Assembly (NCBI RefSeq): GCF_028715765.1
Contig: NZ_JAQURE010000006.1
Coordinates: forward strand, 10,764 to 74,763
DNA length: 64,000 bases
From: Rhodoferax sp.
GTDB taxonomy: Bacteria > Pseudomonadota > Gammaproteobacteria > Burkholderiales > Burkholderiaceae_C
Direction: 5' to 3'
Shown here: piece by piece, positions 47,193 through 58,765 of the stretch
Layout: every line of letters starts with the position of its first letter
Position numbering within the stretch: the first letter of the stretch is position 1
Notes under the pieces: model-generated
What the model was told of the DNA's origin: nothing
What the model saw: only the letters and a program-made list of their open reading frames with translations
The model's database searches: none
Translations under genes and position numbers: made by a program

Positions 47193-47870
47193 ATGCAAAC
47201 AACCCTTGCCACCACGGCACTTTTGATGGGCTTGGCCGGTGGTCCGCATTGCATTGCCATGTGCGGTGCAGCGTGTGCTGGCATTGGTCAAGCCGCTGGG
47301 GCGGCTAAAACCTCAGCCATGTGGACATTTCAGTTGGGACGCATGCTCGGCTATGCCGGCCTGGGTGCTGTGGCTGCTGCTTCCATGCAAGGTTTGGGGT
47401 GGTTGACCGTGCAATCTACTGCCTTGCGGCCGGTTTGGAGCATGTTTCACGTGGCCATGTTCATGCTTGGTCTGGTTTTGATGATCAAAGCCCAGCAGCC
47501 CGTTTGGATGGAACAGGCCGGACGAAAAATTTGGAGTGGCGCCAAAAGCTTGGCCATGGGGCGGGGCAGGGGCGCGCCCATGGTCATTGGCGTGCTGTGG
47601 ACATTTCTTCCATGCGGTTTGCTCTATTCAGCGCTGTTGGTGGCTGGTTTGACCGGGCACCCTTTCGACGGTGCATTGGTCATGGCCTTGTTTGCTTTAG
47701 GCACCAGCGTCTCCATGATGCTTGGCCCCTGGCTTTGGTTGCGACTCAAAGGCAATGGCTCGGGCGATTGGGGCGTTCGATTGGCTGGGCTGGCCTTGGC
47801 AGTGAGTTCGGTGTGGGCGCTGTACATGGCCTACGCGCACGACACTGCGCCTTGGTGCGCCACCTCCTGA
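47193..47870 (+). CDS. Polytopic membrane protein, DsbD_2 / TauE-SafE-like (GGPHC..MCG motif)
   Basis: 225 aa with about 6 transmembrane segments and an N-terminal GLAGGPHCIAMCGA motif. Proteins of this type are frequently annotated next to cbb3 maturation genes. Its function is unknown. Confidence 0.5.
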   Translation: MQTTLATTALLMGLAGGPHCIAMCGAACAGIGQAAGAAKTSAMWTFQLGRMLGYAGLGAVAAASMQGLGWLTVQSTALRPVWSMFHVAMFMLGLVLMIKAQQPVWMEQAGRKIWSGAKSLAMGRGRGAPMVIGVLWTFLPCGLLYSALLVAGLTGHPFDGALVMALFALGTSVSMMLGPWLWLRLKGNGSGDWGVRLAGLALAVSSVWALYMAYAHDTAPWCATS

Positions 47871-47910
47871 GCGCTTCTTTGGCTGGTGCGCCGGCTGGAT
47901 AATCGCACGC

Positions 47911-48921
47911 ATGACAAGTTTGCACCTCCAAAACAATCAGCGTTGGCGGCTTGCAGTGGCTCCCATGCTCGAATGGACTGATCGTCACTGCCGCTATTTC
48001 CACCGTCTCATCACCCGCCACGCCCTGCTTTACACAGAAATGGTCACCACCGGTGCACTCATTCATGGTGATGTGGCTCGGCATTTGGCATTTAACGCAG
48101 AAGAGCACCCGGTTGCGCTGCAACTTGGCGGCAGTGAAGCTGCTGATCTGGCTCAATGCGCCAAGCTGGCGCAGCAATGGGGTTACGACGAAGTGAATCT
48201 CAATTGTGGTTGCCCCAGTGAGCGTGTGCAGCGCGGGGCGTTTGGTGCTTGCTTGATGCGTGAGTCACGTTTGGTGGCTGATGCGGTCAAAGCCATGTGC
48301 GACACCGTCAGTATGCCGGTCACGGTCAAGCACCGCATTGGTCTGGATCGAGCTGAAAGCTACAGTTTTGTGCGTGATTTTGTGGGTGAAGTGAATCAAG
48401 CCGGCTGCCGCACATTCATTGTGCATGCCCGAAATGCCTGGTTAAAGGGCTTGAGCCCCAAAGACAACCGCGAAATACCACCCTTGCGCTACGAGGTGGC
48501 CTACCAACTCAAACAAGACTTTCCGGATGTGGTGATTGTGCTCAACGGCGGTATCAAGGACAGTGCGCAAATTCATCACCACTTGGCGCAAGTCGATGGT
48601 GTCATGGTCGGGCGCGAGGCATATCACAACCCTTGGTGCATGGCGTCATGGGATACCGAATTTTTTGCATCCACCGGCACGCGCGATGACCTTGCACCAC
48701 CAAACTCGTTGACCCGCGAATGGGTTGAACAACGCATGGTGGCTTACATGCAGCAGGAGCAGGCTGCGCAGGGCACGCCGTGGCCTCACATTGCACGACA
48801 CATGCTGGGTTTGCGTCATGGTTTGCCGGGGTCTAGGCATTGGCGGCAGGTGTGGAGTGATCACAAACTCAAAAATTTACCACCTGCCCAAGTGATGGCC
48901 ATGGCGCACGCGCAACCCTGA
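47911..48921 (+). CDS. dusA: tRNA-dihydrouridine(20/20a) synthase
   Basis: 336 aa with VAPMLEWTDRHCRYF, NLNCGCPS (catalytic Cys) and HARNAWL..LSPK blocks. Confidence 0.9.
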   Translation: MTSLHLQNNQRWRLAVAPMLEWTDRHCRYFHRLITRHALLYTEMVTTGALIHGDVARHLAFNAEEHPVALQLGGSEAADLAQCAKLAQQWGYDEVNLNCGCPSERVQRGAFGACLMRESRLVADAVKAMCDTVSMPVTVKHRIGLDRAESYSFVRDFVGEVNQAGCRTFIVHARNAWLKGLSPKDNREIPPLRYEVAYQLKQDFPDVVIVLNGGIKDSAQIHHHLAQVDGVMVGREAYHNPWCMASWDTEFFASTGTRDDLAPPNSLTREWVEQRMVAYMQQEQAAQGTPWPHIARHMLGLRHGLPGSRHWRQVWSDHKLKNLPPAQVMAMAHAQP

Positions 48922-49072
48922 CATGCGCTGATGACTTGCGCCATTAGAGCGCAACGAGGCTGCAAGTTATCATCAAGCAGCCATTTGGCAAGTCTTCAAA
49001 ATCTGGGTTTCATTGTCATTTTTGGAATCATCTCTATTCTGGGTATTCCACTTGTTTTTGTCATAGCTCTCT

Positions 49073-52000
49073 GTGCGACTCAATTCCATCAAGCTTTCCG
49101 GGTTCAAATCATTTGCCGAACCCACCAATTTTTTATTGCCCGGACAGTTGGTCGGCGTGGTGGGCCCCAACGGCTGTGGCAAATCCAACATCATGGATGC
49201 CGTGCGCTGGGTTCTAGGGGAAAGCAAAGCCTCAGAGTTGCGTGGCGAGTCCATGCAAGACGTGATCTTCAACGGCACCACCACCCGCAAACCTGCCAGC
49301 CGCGCCAGTGTGGAGCTGGTGTTTGACAACGACGACCATCGTGCCGGTGGTCAGTGGAGCCAGTTTGGTGAAATTGCCGTCAAACGGGTGCTCACCCGTG
49401 ATGGCAACAGCAGCTACTTCATCAACAACCAGGCGGTTCGCCGCCGCGATGTGCAAGACGTGTTCCTGGGCACAGGGCTTGGCCCACGCGCCTACGCCAT
49501 CATTGGCCAAGGCACCATCAGCCGCATCATAGAAAGTCGCCCTGAAGAACTAAGGTTGTTTCTGGAAGAGGCTGCCGGGGTTTCCAAATACAAAGAGCGT
49601 CGCCGTGAAACCGAAAACCGCCTGTCTGATACCCGTGAGAACCTGACCCGGGTCGAAGACATTCTGCGTGAGCTCAACAGCAACCTTGAAAAGCTTGAAA
49701 AACAAGCCGAGGTGGCTCAAAAGTACAACACCTTTCACGCTTCAGTCACACTTAAACAGCATCAGCTTTGGTTTTTGAAGTGTGCAGAGGCGCAAAACGA
49801 CCAGGCGCGTGTGCATGCTGATTCCCTTGGCGCTGTGAACGCCCTTGAAAGCCGCATGGCCGATTTGCGCCAGATTGAATCTGAACTTGAAACCGTGCGT
49901 CAAGCGCACTACGCCGCGGGTGACCAGGTCAACCAAGCCCAAGGCTTGCTTTATGAAGCCAGCACCGAAGTCGGACGTCTGGAGGCTGAAATTCGGTATG
50001 TGGTCGAGAGCCGCCAGCGCGTAGAGCTGCGCCTGAAGACCCTTCAAGAACAAACCACACAATGGCAAACACGCAGTGAAGACGCTCAAACTGACCTTGA
50101 AAACTTGGCTGAGCTCGAACTTCTGGGCGAAGAAAAAACCGAGCTGCTCAACGCCCAGGTTGAAGAGCAAGCGCAGGCTTTGCCTGATTTGGAAGATGCC
50201 TTGCGACAAGCCCAACTGGTGGCCAACCAGCAGCGCAACAGCGTGACTCAGGTGCAACAACAGCTGGGGGTTTTAGCTGCTCAGCAGCGCCACATGGACG
50301 ATCAGTTTCGCCAATTGAGCCTGCGCCATGAACGGCTGCACAGCGACAAAAATGCGCTGACCGCACCCGATGAGCAGCACCTGTTGGCACAGCAATACCA
50401 GCTAGACCAAGCCATTGAAGCCACCACCGAGGCCCAAGCCCGCGTGGTGACGTTGCAAGACAGCCTGGCCGAGCTTGAGGCTCAGCGCCGCAGCCAGCAA
50501 ACGCTGGTGAATACCGAATCAACCCTGTTGGCAGACCTGACAGCCCGGCATGAGGCTCTGAAAACCCTGCAAGCCAAAGTGCAGACCGACGGCAAATTGC
50601 AACCCTGGTTGCAGCGCCATGGGCTGGATCATTTGCAAGGCCTGTGGACGCGTTTGCACATCGAGCCCGGTTGGGAAAACGCCCTTGAAGGCGCTTTGCG
50701 CGAGCGTTTGGCTGCCCTTGAAGTCAGCCGTCTGGAGTTGATGAGCGCTTTTGCCCAAGACGCTCCACCGGCCAAACTGGCTTTTTACACCCCTGCGGGG
50801 GCAGCGTCTGCCTCGCCCAGCCACGGCCTGCCACGTTTGATGGAACTGCTGCACTGTCACGATGCCAACCAACACGCCGTGCTTGCAGACTGGCTGCAAG
50901 GCTGCTACACCGCCACTGATCTGACCTCTGCGCTGGCGATGCGGTCGCAGTTGCAGGCGGGTGACACCATCTACGTCAAGTCGGGGCATGCGGTCAGCCG
51001 TCACAGTGTCAGTTTTTATGCCCCAGACTCTGAGCAAGCCGGCCTGTTGGCACGTGCCCAGGAAATTGAAAACCTGGACAAACAGCAACGCGCCCAAGTG
51101 CTGTTGGCGCAAGACGCGCGCGCTGCGCTCAGCCGTGCTGACGCCGCTTTTGCCGACCATTCACAACAACTGGCCGCGGCGCGACGCGAGGCGCAAGCGC
51201 TGCAAAACCAAAGCCATGGCCTGCAAGTTGAAACGTTGCGCCTGACCCAGCTGGCCGACCAAGCGCGCCACCGCAGCGCCCAACTTGATGCAGATTTGGC
51301 TGAAGTGCAAGACCAACAGACCAGTCTGCAAGAAAGCCGTGCGCAAGCCGAAGCCCAGTTTGAAGACCTTGACCTGCAGTTGGCTGAAACCCAAGAGCGC
51401 CACGCCCAGCTGGAAGACCACGTGATCCTGGCCGAGCGCAAGTTGGCGCAATGCCGCGAACAACAGCGCACGCTGGAGCGCCAAGCGCAAGAGGCCACGT
51501 TTGCCCTGCGCAGCTTGACTGCGCGTCGCGGCGAACTTTCTCGTGCGCTAGATACTGCAGCGCAACAGGTCAGCAACCTCAGTGCTGAAGCACAAAGGGC
51601 TCAAGACGAATTGGCCCGCCTTAACGACGCGGCCGCACAAGGTGGCTTGCAGCAAGCCCTGGCCACCAAACTTGAGCGTGAAAAACACCTGGGTGCGCAG
51701 CGCAGCCTTTACGATGACCTGACCGCCAAGTTGCGCGCCAGTGACGAGCGTCGCCTGCAGCTTGAGCGTGAGCTTGACCCCTTGCGTGCACGCATCACTG
51801 AATTCCAGCTCAAAGAGCAAGCGGCGCGCCTGGGCTATGAGCAATACCAGCAACTGCTGGCCGATGCCAAGGCCGATCTGGAGGCACTGGCCGCCTCGGT
51901 GGCCAATGGCGCAGTGCGCCTGCAGGGCTTGCAAAGTGAAATTGACCGAGTCAACCGTGACATCGCCGCCTTGGGGGCCGTCAACTTGGCTGCGCTTGAC

Positions 52001-52585
52001 GAGCTGGCCTCTGCCCGCGAGCGCAAAACGTTTTTAGACGCCCAAAACGCAGACCTGGTCGAAGCCATGACCACGCTGGAAGACGCCATCCGAAAAATTG
52101 ATGGCGATACCCGCGAACTGCTCTCTGGCACCTTTAACCAAGTCAACGCCCATTTTGGCAAGATGTTCCCCGAACTCTTTGGCGGTGGCAATGCACGCTT
52201 GGTCATCACCGGGGAAGAAATCCTTGACTCTGGCGTGCAGGTCATTGCCCAGCCACCTGGCAAAAAAAACCAAAGCATTGCGCTGCTTTCCGGCGGCGAA
52301 AAAGCGCTGACGGCGATTGCGCTGGTGTTTGCCATTTTTCAACTCAACCCGGCACCGTTTTGCTTGCTTGACGAGGTGGACGCACCGCTGGATGATGCCA
52401 ACACCGAGCGCTATGCCAAACTGGTGGCCAGCATGAGCACCGAGACCCAGTTTTTATTCATAAGCCACAACAAAATTGCCATGGAAATGGCCAAACAACT
52501 CATCGGTGTCACCATGCAAGAGCAAGGTGTTTCTCGGATTGTGGCGGTCGACATGGATGCCGCGCTTTCAATGACCAAGGTGTAA
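49073..52585 (+). CDS. smc: Chromosome segregation protein SMC
   Basis: 1170 aa with a GTG start (MRLNSIKLSGFKSF), Walker A GPNGCGKSN, long coiled coils with a central hinge, and C-terminal LSGGEKALTA and LLDEVDAPLD. Confidence 0.93.
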   Translation: MRLNSIKLSGFKSFAEPTNFLLPGQLVGVVGPNGCGKSNIMDAVRWVLGESKASELRGESMQDVIFNGTTTRKPASRASVELVFDNDDHRAGGQWSQFGEIAVKRVLTRDGNSSYFINNQAVRRRDVQDVFLGTGLGPRAYAIIGQGTISRIIESRPEELRLFLEEAAGVSKYKERRRETENRLSDTRENLTRVEDILRELNSNLEKLEKQAEVAQKYNTFHASVTLKQHQLWFLKCAEAQNDQARVHADSLGAVNALESRMADLRQIESELETVRQAHYAAGDQVNQAQGLLYEASTEVGRLEAEIRYVVESRQRVELRLKTLQEQTTQWQTRSEDAQTDLENLAELELLGEEKTELLNAQVEEQAQALPDLEDALRQAQLVANQQRNSVTQVQQQLGVLAAQQRHMDDQFRQLSLRHERLHSDKNALTAPDEQHLLAQQYQLDQAIEATTEAQARVVTLQDSLAELEAQRRSQQTLVNTESTLLADLTARHEALKTLQAKVQTDGKLQPWLQRHGLDHLQGLWTRLHIEPGWENALEGALRERLAALEVSRLELMSAFAQDAPPAKLAFYTPAGAASASPSHGLPRLMELLHCHDANQHAVLADWLQGCYTATDLTSALAMRSQLQAGDTIYVKSGHAVSRHSVSFYAPDSEQAGLLARAQEIENLDKQQRAQVLLAQDARAALSRADAAFADHSQQLAAARREAQALQNQSHGLQVETLRLTQLADQARHRSAQLDADLAEVQDQQTSLQESRAQAEAQFEDLDLQLAETQERHAQLEDHVILAERKLAQCREQQRTLERQAQEATFALRSLTARRGELSRALDTAAQQVSNLSAEAQRAQDELARLNDAAAQGGLQQALATKLEREKHLGAQRSLYDDLTAKLRASDERRLQLERELDPLRARITEFQLKEQAARLGYEQYQQLLADAKADLEALAASVANGAVRLQGLQSEIDRVNRDIAALGAVNLAALDELASARERKTFLDAQNADLVEAMTTLEDAIRKIDGDTRELLSGTFNQVNAHFGKMFPELFGGGNARLVITGEEILDSGVQVIAQPPGKKNQSIALLSGGEKALTAIALVFAIFQLNPAPFCLLDEVDAPLDDANTERYAKLVASMSTETQFLFISHNKIAMEMAKQLIGVTMQEQGVSRIVAVDMDAALSMTKV

Positions 52586-52588
52586 GCA

Positions 52589-53617
52589 ATGAGCCAATTT
52601 CAATGGGGTTTGATCATCACCGGCGCGCTGTTGCTGCTGGGCATTTTGTTGCAAGTCTTGTGGTTGGCGTGGCGCAACCGCGCGCGGCGGGTAATTGCCC
52701 CGTCCGAGGCCGATCAGGTGCCCACCAACCTTGAGCCCACCCTGAATGACACGGTGGCAGATGACCTTGAGTTTGCCCTGCCCACACCAGAGAAAAAACC
52801 AGGCCTGGATGCCTTGATCGATGTCATTGCCCCGATTGCCCTGGACACTGCCGTCAGCGGTGAAGCCCTGTTGGCGGCCATGCCACCCACACGCCGGGTG
52901 GGTAGCAAGCCCTTCGCCATTGAAGGCTTGGTTCATGGCCAGTTGCAATGGGAATTTCCTCAGGTGGGGCAACGCTACAGCCAGTTGCAAGCGGGCATCC
53001 AGCTGGCCAACCGCAGCGGCGCGCTCAATGACATCGAGTTTTCAGAATTTGTCATGGCCACCCAGACTTTTTGCGACCTGGTGGGGGGCTCGCCCGATTT
53101 TCCAGACATGCGCCAAGAAATTGCGCGTGCGCGTGAGCTAGACCAGTTTGCCAGCGACCACGATGCCCAGCTCAGCTTTGTGTTGCGCGCGCGCCGCGCC
53201 GCCTGGAGCGCCAGCTACATCCAGCAAATGGCCGCCAAACTGGGCTTTGTGCCAGGTGTCATGGCTGGGCGCATGGTGGTGCCTTCCAGCATGGGGGGCT
53301 TGCCACCGGTGTTGAGCTTGTCGTTTGACAGCCAGGCCGCCTTGTCTGAAGACCCCGCCCAATCTGCCTTGCGCGAGGTCACCTTGTCATTGGACGTGTC
53401 CCAAGTTGACCGCGGTGAACGTGCCTTTGAGCGCATGCGCGAGGCAGCCGTCACATTGGCCAAAGACATGGACGGTGTGGTGACCGACGACAACGGCATG
53501 GCCTTGCCCGCCGAAGCTCTGGACGTGATTGGTTACGAGTTGGCGCACCTTTACGACACCTTGGCACAGCGTGAGCTGGCAGCAGGCTCGGTGTTGGCGC
53601 GGCGCCTTTTTTCCTAA
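52589..53617 (+). CDS. zipA: Cell division protein ZipA
   Basis: 342 aa with a single N-terminal transmembrane segment (GLIITGALLLLGILLQVLW) and a C-terminal globular domain. The conserved smc-zipA-ligA synteny supports the call. Confidence 0.7.
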   Translation: MSQFQWGLIITGALLLLGILLQVLWLAWRNRARRVIAPSEADQVPTNLEPTLNDTVADDLEFALPTPEKKPGLDALIDVIAPIALDTAVSGEALLAAMPPTRRVGSKPFAIEGLVHGQLQWEFPQVGQRYSQLQAGIQLANRSGALNDIEFSEFVMATQTFCDLVGGSPDFPDMRQEIARARELDQFASDHDAQLSFVLRARRAAWSASYIQQMAAKLGFVPGVMAGRMVVPSSMGGLPPVLSLSFDSQAALSEDPAQSALREVTLSLDVSQVDRGERAFERMREAAVTLAKDMDGVVTDDNGMALPAEALDVIGYELAHLYDTLAQRELAAGSVLARRLFS

Positions 53618-55906
<2,289 letters not shown>

Positions 55907-55934
55907 TTGGAAACGTACAAATATGGAGTCTGTC

Positions 55935-56213
55935 ATGTCCCGAGTCGCCTTAGAAAGCAACAGTCGCGTCGCTTTGCGGATTCGCAGTGCTGACAAAGCC
56001 CGCTTGATGCGTGCTTGTGCTCTAGAGCACACCGATCTGACCAACTTTATTTTGCGCAATGTGTTGCGCGCTGCCGATGCGGTGATCGACCAGGCAGAGC
56101 GGGTGCAACTTTCAGACCGTGACAGCCTGCGTGTACTGTCTTTGTTGGAGAACCCGGGCACACCAAATGCCCGTTTGCAGGCAGCCGCACTGGCTTTACC
56201 GGTTCAGCCATGA
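55935..56213 (+). CDS. tacA: DUF1778 (RHH) antitoxin, TacA-like
   Basis: Has the R...A.......F....A...A......L...D......L..P pattern typical of DUF1778. A GGAG lies 7 nt before the ATG at 55935 (alternative in-frame ATG at 55923). It overlaps the toxin gene by 4 nt. Confidence 0.8.
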   Translation: MSRVALESNSRVALRIRSADKARLMRACALEHTDLTNFILRNVLRAADAVIDQAERVQLSDRDSLRVLSLLENPGTPNARLQAAALALPVQP

Positions 56214-56737
56214 AGCTGCCCGCGTGGCATGAAGAGCCGATTGCCAAACAGCATGATCGACAGGCTTTTGATTGTGGCCAAACCGAGCTCAATGTTTTTT
56301 TGCAGTCTCATGCCCGGCAAAGCCATGAACGGGGTGCTGTGAAAACATTTCTGGCAGTTGCTGACAACGGCAACCATCCCGTCCTGGGTTATTACAGTCT
56401 CAGCCCCGCCAGCGTTGAATATGCGCGTACGCCAGAGTTGCTCAAAAAAGGGCTAGGTCACTATGACATTGGAGCTTTTCGCTTGGGCAGATTGGCGGTG
56501 CACGCAAGCCTGCAGGGTCAGGGGCTGGGTGGACAGTTGCTGCTGGCGGCAGGCCGAAGGTGCTTGCGGGTGGCGCAAGAAGTGGGTGGCACGGTGTTGC
56601 TGATTGATGCCAAAACACCGGCTGTTGCTGATTGGTATGCCAGTTACGGTGCACTGTCCTTGCTGGATGCGCCTTTGACACTGTTGTTGCCACTGCAACT
56701 GGTCGCCAGTGCGTTAAAAACTTCGCCCCCACCATGA
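56210..56737 (+). CDS. tacT: GNAT-family acetyltransferase toxin, TacT-like
   Basis: 175 aa. The F.CG...LN.FL N-terminal block is typical of DUF1778-associated GNAT toxins. It has the acetyl-CoA loop [11 protein letters not shown] and a C-terminal WY..YGA. Confidence 0.8.
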   Translation: MKLPAWHEEPIAKQHDRQAFDCGQTELNVFLQSHARQSHERGAVKTFLAVADNGNHPVLGYYSLSPASVEYARTPELLKKGLGHYDIGAFRLGRLAVHASLQGQGLGGQLLLAAGRRCLRVAQEVGGTVLLIDAKTPAVADWYASYGALSLLDAPLTLLLPLQLVASALKTSPPP

Positions 56738-57291
56738 GCGTCAAAACCATCCTCAAAATGGGCGACCCGCGCCTGCTGCGCATGGCCCAACCGGTGACGC
56801 GGTTTGATACTGACGATCTGCACCTGCTCATCACCGACTTGCTTGACACCATGCGCGCGGCCGACGGTGCCGGGCTGGCGGCACCGCAAATCGGCGTTGA
56901 TTTGCAGGTGGTGGTGTTTGGCACCAACGCCCCCAACCCGCGTTACCCAGAGGCGCCTATCGTGCCGCGCACGGTGCTGGTCAACCCGGTGATTACACCG
57001 CTGCCAGAGGTAGACGGTGGGCTCGTGCGCGAGGAAGAAGATTGGGAAGGTTGCCTGTCTGTGCCCGGTTTGCGCGGCAAAGTGCCACGTTTTTGGCGCA
57101 TCCGTTACACCGGGTTTGACCCCTTTGGTGACCCCATTGACCTCACGGTGGAAGGCTTTCACGCGCGCGTGGTGCAGCATGAATGTGACCACCTGATCGG
57201 CAAGCTGTACCCGATGCGGGTGCGTGATTTCTCCCAGTTTGGCTTTACTTCGGTGCTGTTCCCGGAGTTGGCCGATTCACCCGACGATTAA
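56734..57291 (+). CDS. def: Peptide deformylase
   Basis: 185 aa from the ATG at 56734. All three PDF motifs are present ([25 protein letters not shown]). ATGA overlap with the tacT stop. Confidence 0.92.
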   Translation: MSVKTILKMGDPRLLRMAQPVTRFDTDDLHLLITDLLDTMRAADGAGLAAPQIGVDLQVVVFGTNAPNPRYPEAPIVPRTVLVNPVITPLPEVDGGLVREEEDWEGCLSVPGLRGKVPRFWRIRYTGFDPFGDPIDLTVEGFHARVVQHECDHLIGKLYPMRVRDFSQFGFTSVLFPELADSPDD

Positions 57292-57305
57292 CGCGGAGTT
57301 TGCTT

Positions 57306-58619
57306 ATGTCCTGCTGTCACAACTATTTTGCGGTCACAGAAGGACATGAACATGTCTTCTCGGTGGACATCTCCAGCATCAGCTTTGGTCACGGTGTGCT
57401 GGCCGAGGCGGGCGAACACGCCAAGGCGCTGGGCATGCACCGTGTGGCGCTGTTCACCGATGCCACGCTGGCGCAGCTGCCCTGCGTGGCGCAAGTGCGG
57501 GCATCCCTGCTGGCGGCGGGCATGGACGTGGTGCTGTTTGATGCGGTTCAGGTTGAACCCACCGACCAATCCTTCAAGGCCGCAGCCCGTTTTGCCGCAG
57601 AGGGCAAATTTGACGGCTACGTGTCGGTCGGTGGCGGCTCGGTCATTGACACCTGCAAGGCTGCCAACCTGTATGCCACCTGGCCCACTGGCGATTTTCT
57701 GGACTATGTCAACGCGCCCATTGGTGCGGGCAAAGCTGTGCCGGGGCCACTGAAACCGCACATTGCTTGCCCCACCACCTGTGGCACGGGGTCGGAATGC
57801 ACCGGCATCACCATTTTTGACTTGCTCTCGCACCAGGTCAAAACCGGCATTGCCTCCAAGCGGCTGCGCCCGTCGATGGCGCTGATCGACCCCGCCACCA
57901 CCTACACCTTGCCAAAAAACGTGGTGGCTTCCAGCGGTTTTGACGTGCTGTCGCACGCGCTGGAGTCGTACACCGCCAAGCCCTTCACGCAGCGCCTGGC
58001 ACCCGGCAAAGCGGCCTTGCGCCCGATGAGCCAGGGAGCCAACCCGTGGAGTGACCTGGGCTGTGAGGCGGCTTTGAAGTTGCTGGGTCTGTACCTGGTG
58101 CGCGCAGTGAACGATGCCAGTGACCATGAGGCGCGTGACCAGCTGATGTACGCCGCCACGCTGGCTGGTATTGCCTTTGGCAATTCGGGCGTGCATGTGC
58201 CGCACGGTATGGCGTATTCGGTGGCTGGGCTGGTGCGCGACTTTCAGCCCGAGGGCTATCCCTTGCATGAACCGATGGTGCCGCACGGCATGAGCGTGAT
58301 CGTCAACGCGCCCTCTGTTTTCCGTTTCACCGCCTGTGCCTGCCCCGAGCGGCATTTGCATGGCGCGATGTGCCTGGGCGCGGATACGCGCGATGCGCAG
58401 CCAGACGATGCCGGAGAGGTTGTGGCGCAAAAGCTGATCGCACTGATGCAAGCCACCGGCATTCCGAACGGCGTGGGTGGGGTTGGTTATGGCGCGGCGG
58501 ATGTGCCCGGTCTGACCAAAGGTGCCTGGGCGCAGCAGCGGCTGCTGACCAATGCCCCGCGTGCCGTGACCGAAACCGACCTGAGCCAGTTGTACCGCGA
58601 TGCCATGCGCTATTGGTAG
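57306..58619 (+). CDS. Iron-containing (group III) alcohol dehydrogenase, hydroxyacid-oxoacid transhydrogenase-like
   Basis: 437 aa with the GGGSVIDT.K cofactor loop and conserved His cluster ([18 protein letters not shown]). Confidence 0.85.
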   Translation: MSCCHNYFAVTEGHEHVFSVDISSISFGHGVLAEAGEHAKALGMHRVALFTDATLAQLPCVAQVRASLLAAGMDVVLFDAVQVEPTDQSFKAAARFAAEGKFDGYVSVGGGSVIDTCKAANLYATWPTGDFLDYVNAPIGAGKAVPGPLKPHIACPTTCGTGSECTGITIFDLLSHQVKTGIASKRLRPSMALIDPATTYTLPKNVVASSGFDVLSHALESYTAKPFTQRLAPGKAALRPMSQGANPWSDLGCEAALKLLGLYLVRAVNDASDHEARDQLMYAATLAGIAFGNSGVHVPHGMAYSVAGLVRDFQPEGYPLHEPMVPHGMSVIVNAPSVFRFTACACPERHLHGAMCLGADTRDAQPDDAGEVVAQKLIALMQATGIPNGVGGVGYGAADVPGLTKGAWAQQRLLTNAPRAVTETDLSQLYRDAMRYW

Positions 58620-58710
58620 CGCAGGTGACCCAGCCGATCAAAAAAACACCTTGATTGCAGTGCCAGGCAAGAGATTAGTTTCATCATTGGCTTAATAAAT
58701 GCTACATAAA

Positions 58711-58752
58711 AAATAGCTGCCTAAGCTTATTCTATAAGCTATAGAGGCCTAA
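58711..58752. repeat. REP-like palindromic element, copy E (more diverged)
   Basis: AAATAGCTGCCTAAGCTTATTCTATAAGCTATAGAGGCCTAAA, located between the convergent Fe-ADH gene and glnD. Confidence 0.7.
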
Positions 58753-58765
58753 AAGGCTTATAACA

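Noticed and set aside
47321-47902. 193-aa alternative-frame ORF overlapping the DsbD_2-like membrane protein gene on the same strand.
   Set aside because: The +1 frame product is Arg/Gly-rich with no membrane or domain signature. The 47193 frame gives a coherent six-transmembrane protein with the GGPHC..MCG motif and tight spacing after hemN.
48931-49326. 131-aa ORF upstream of and overlapping the smc start.
   Set aside because: It overlaps the conserved SMC N-terminus (MRLNSIKLSGFKSF...GPNGCGKSN) in another frame and has no supporting motif.
57288-58451. 387-aa ORF antisense to the Fe-ADH gene. Similar long antisense ORFs occur at 60257-61222 (opposite glnD), 62295-63233 (opposite the NOX-like gene), 31472-32548 (opposite the FIST/HK genes) and 4772-5596 (opposite rmlD).
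   Set aside because: All overlap strongly supported genes on the other strand. None has a recognisable motif, and all show the amino-acid bias of GC-rich non-coding frames.
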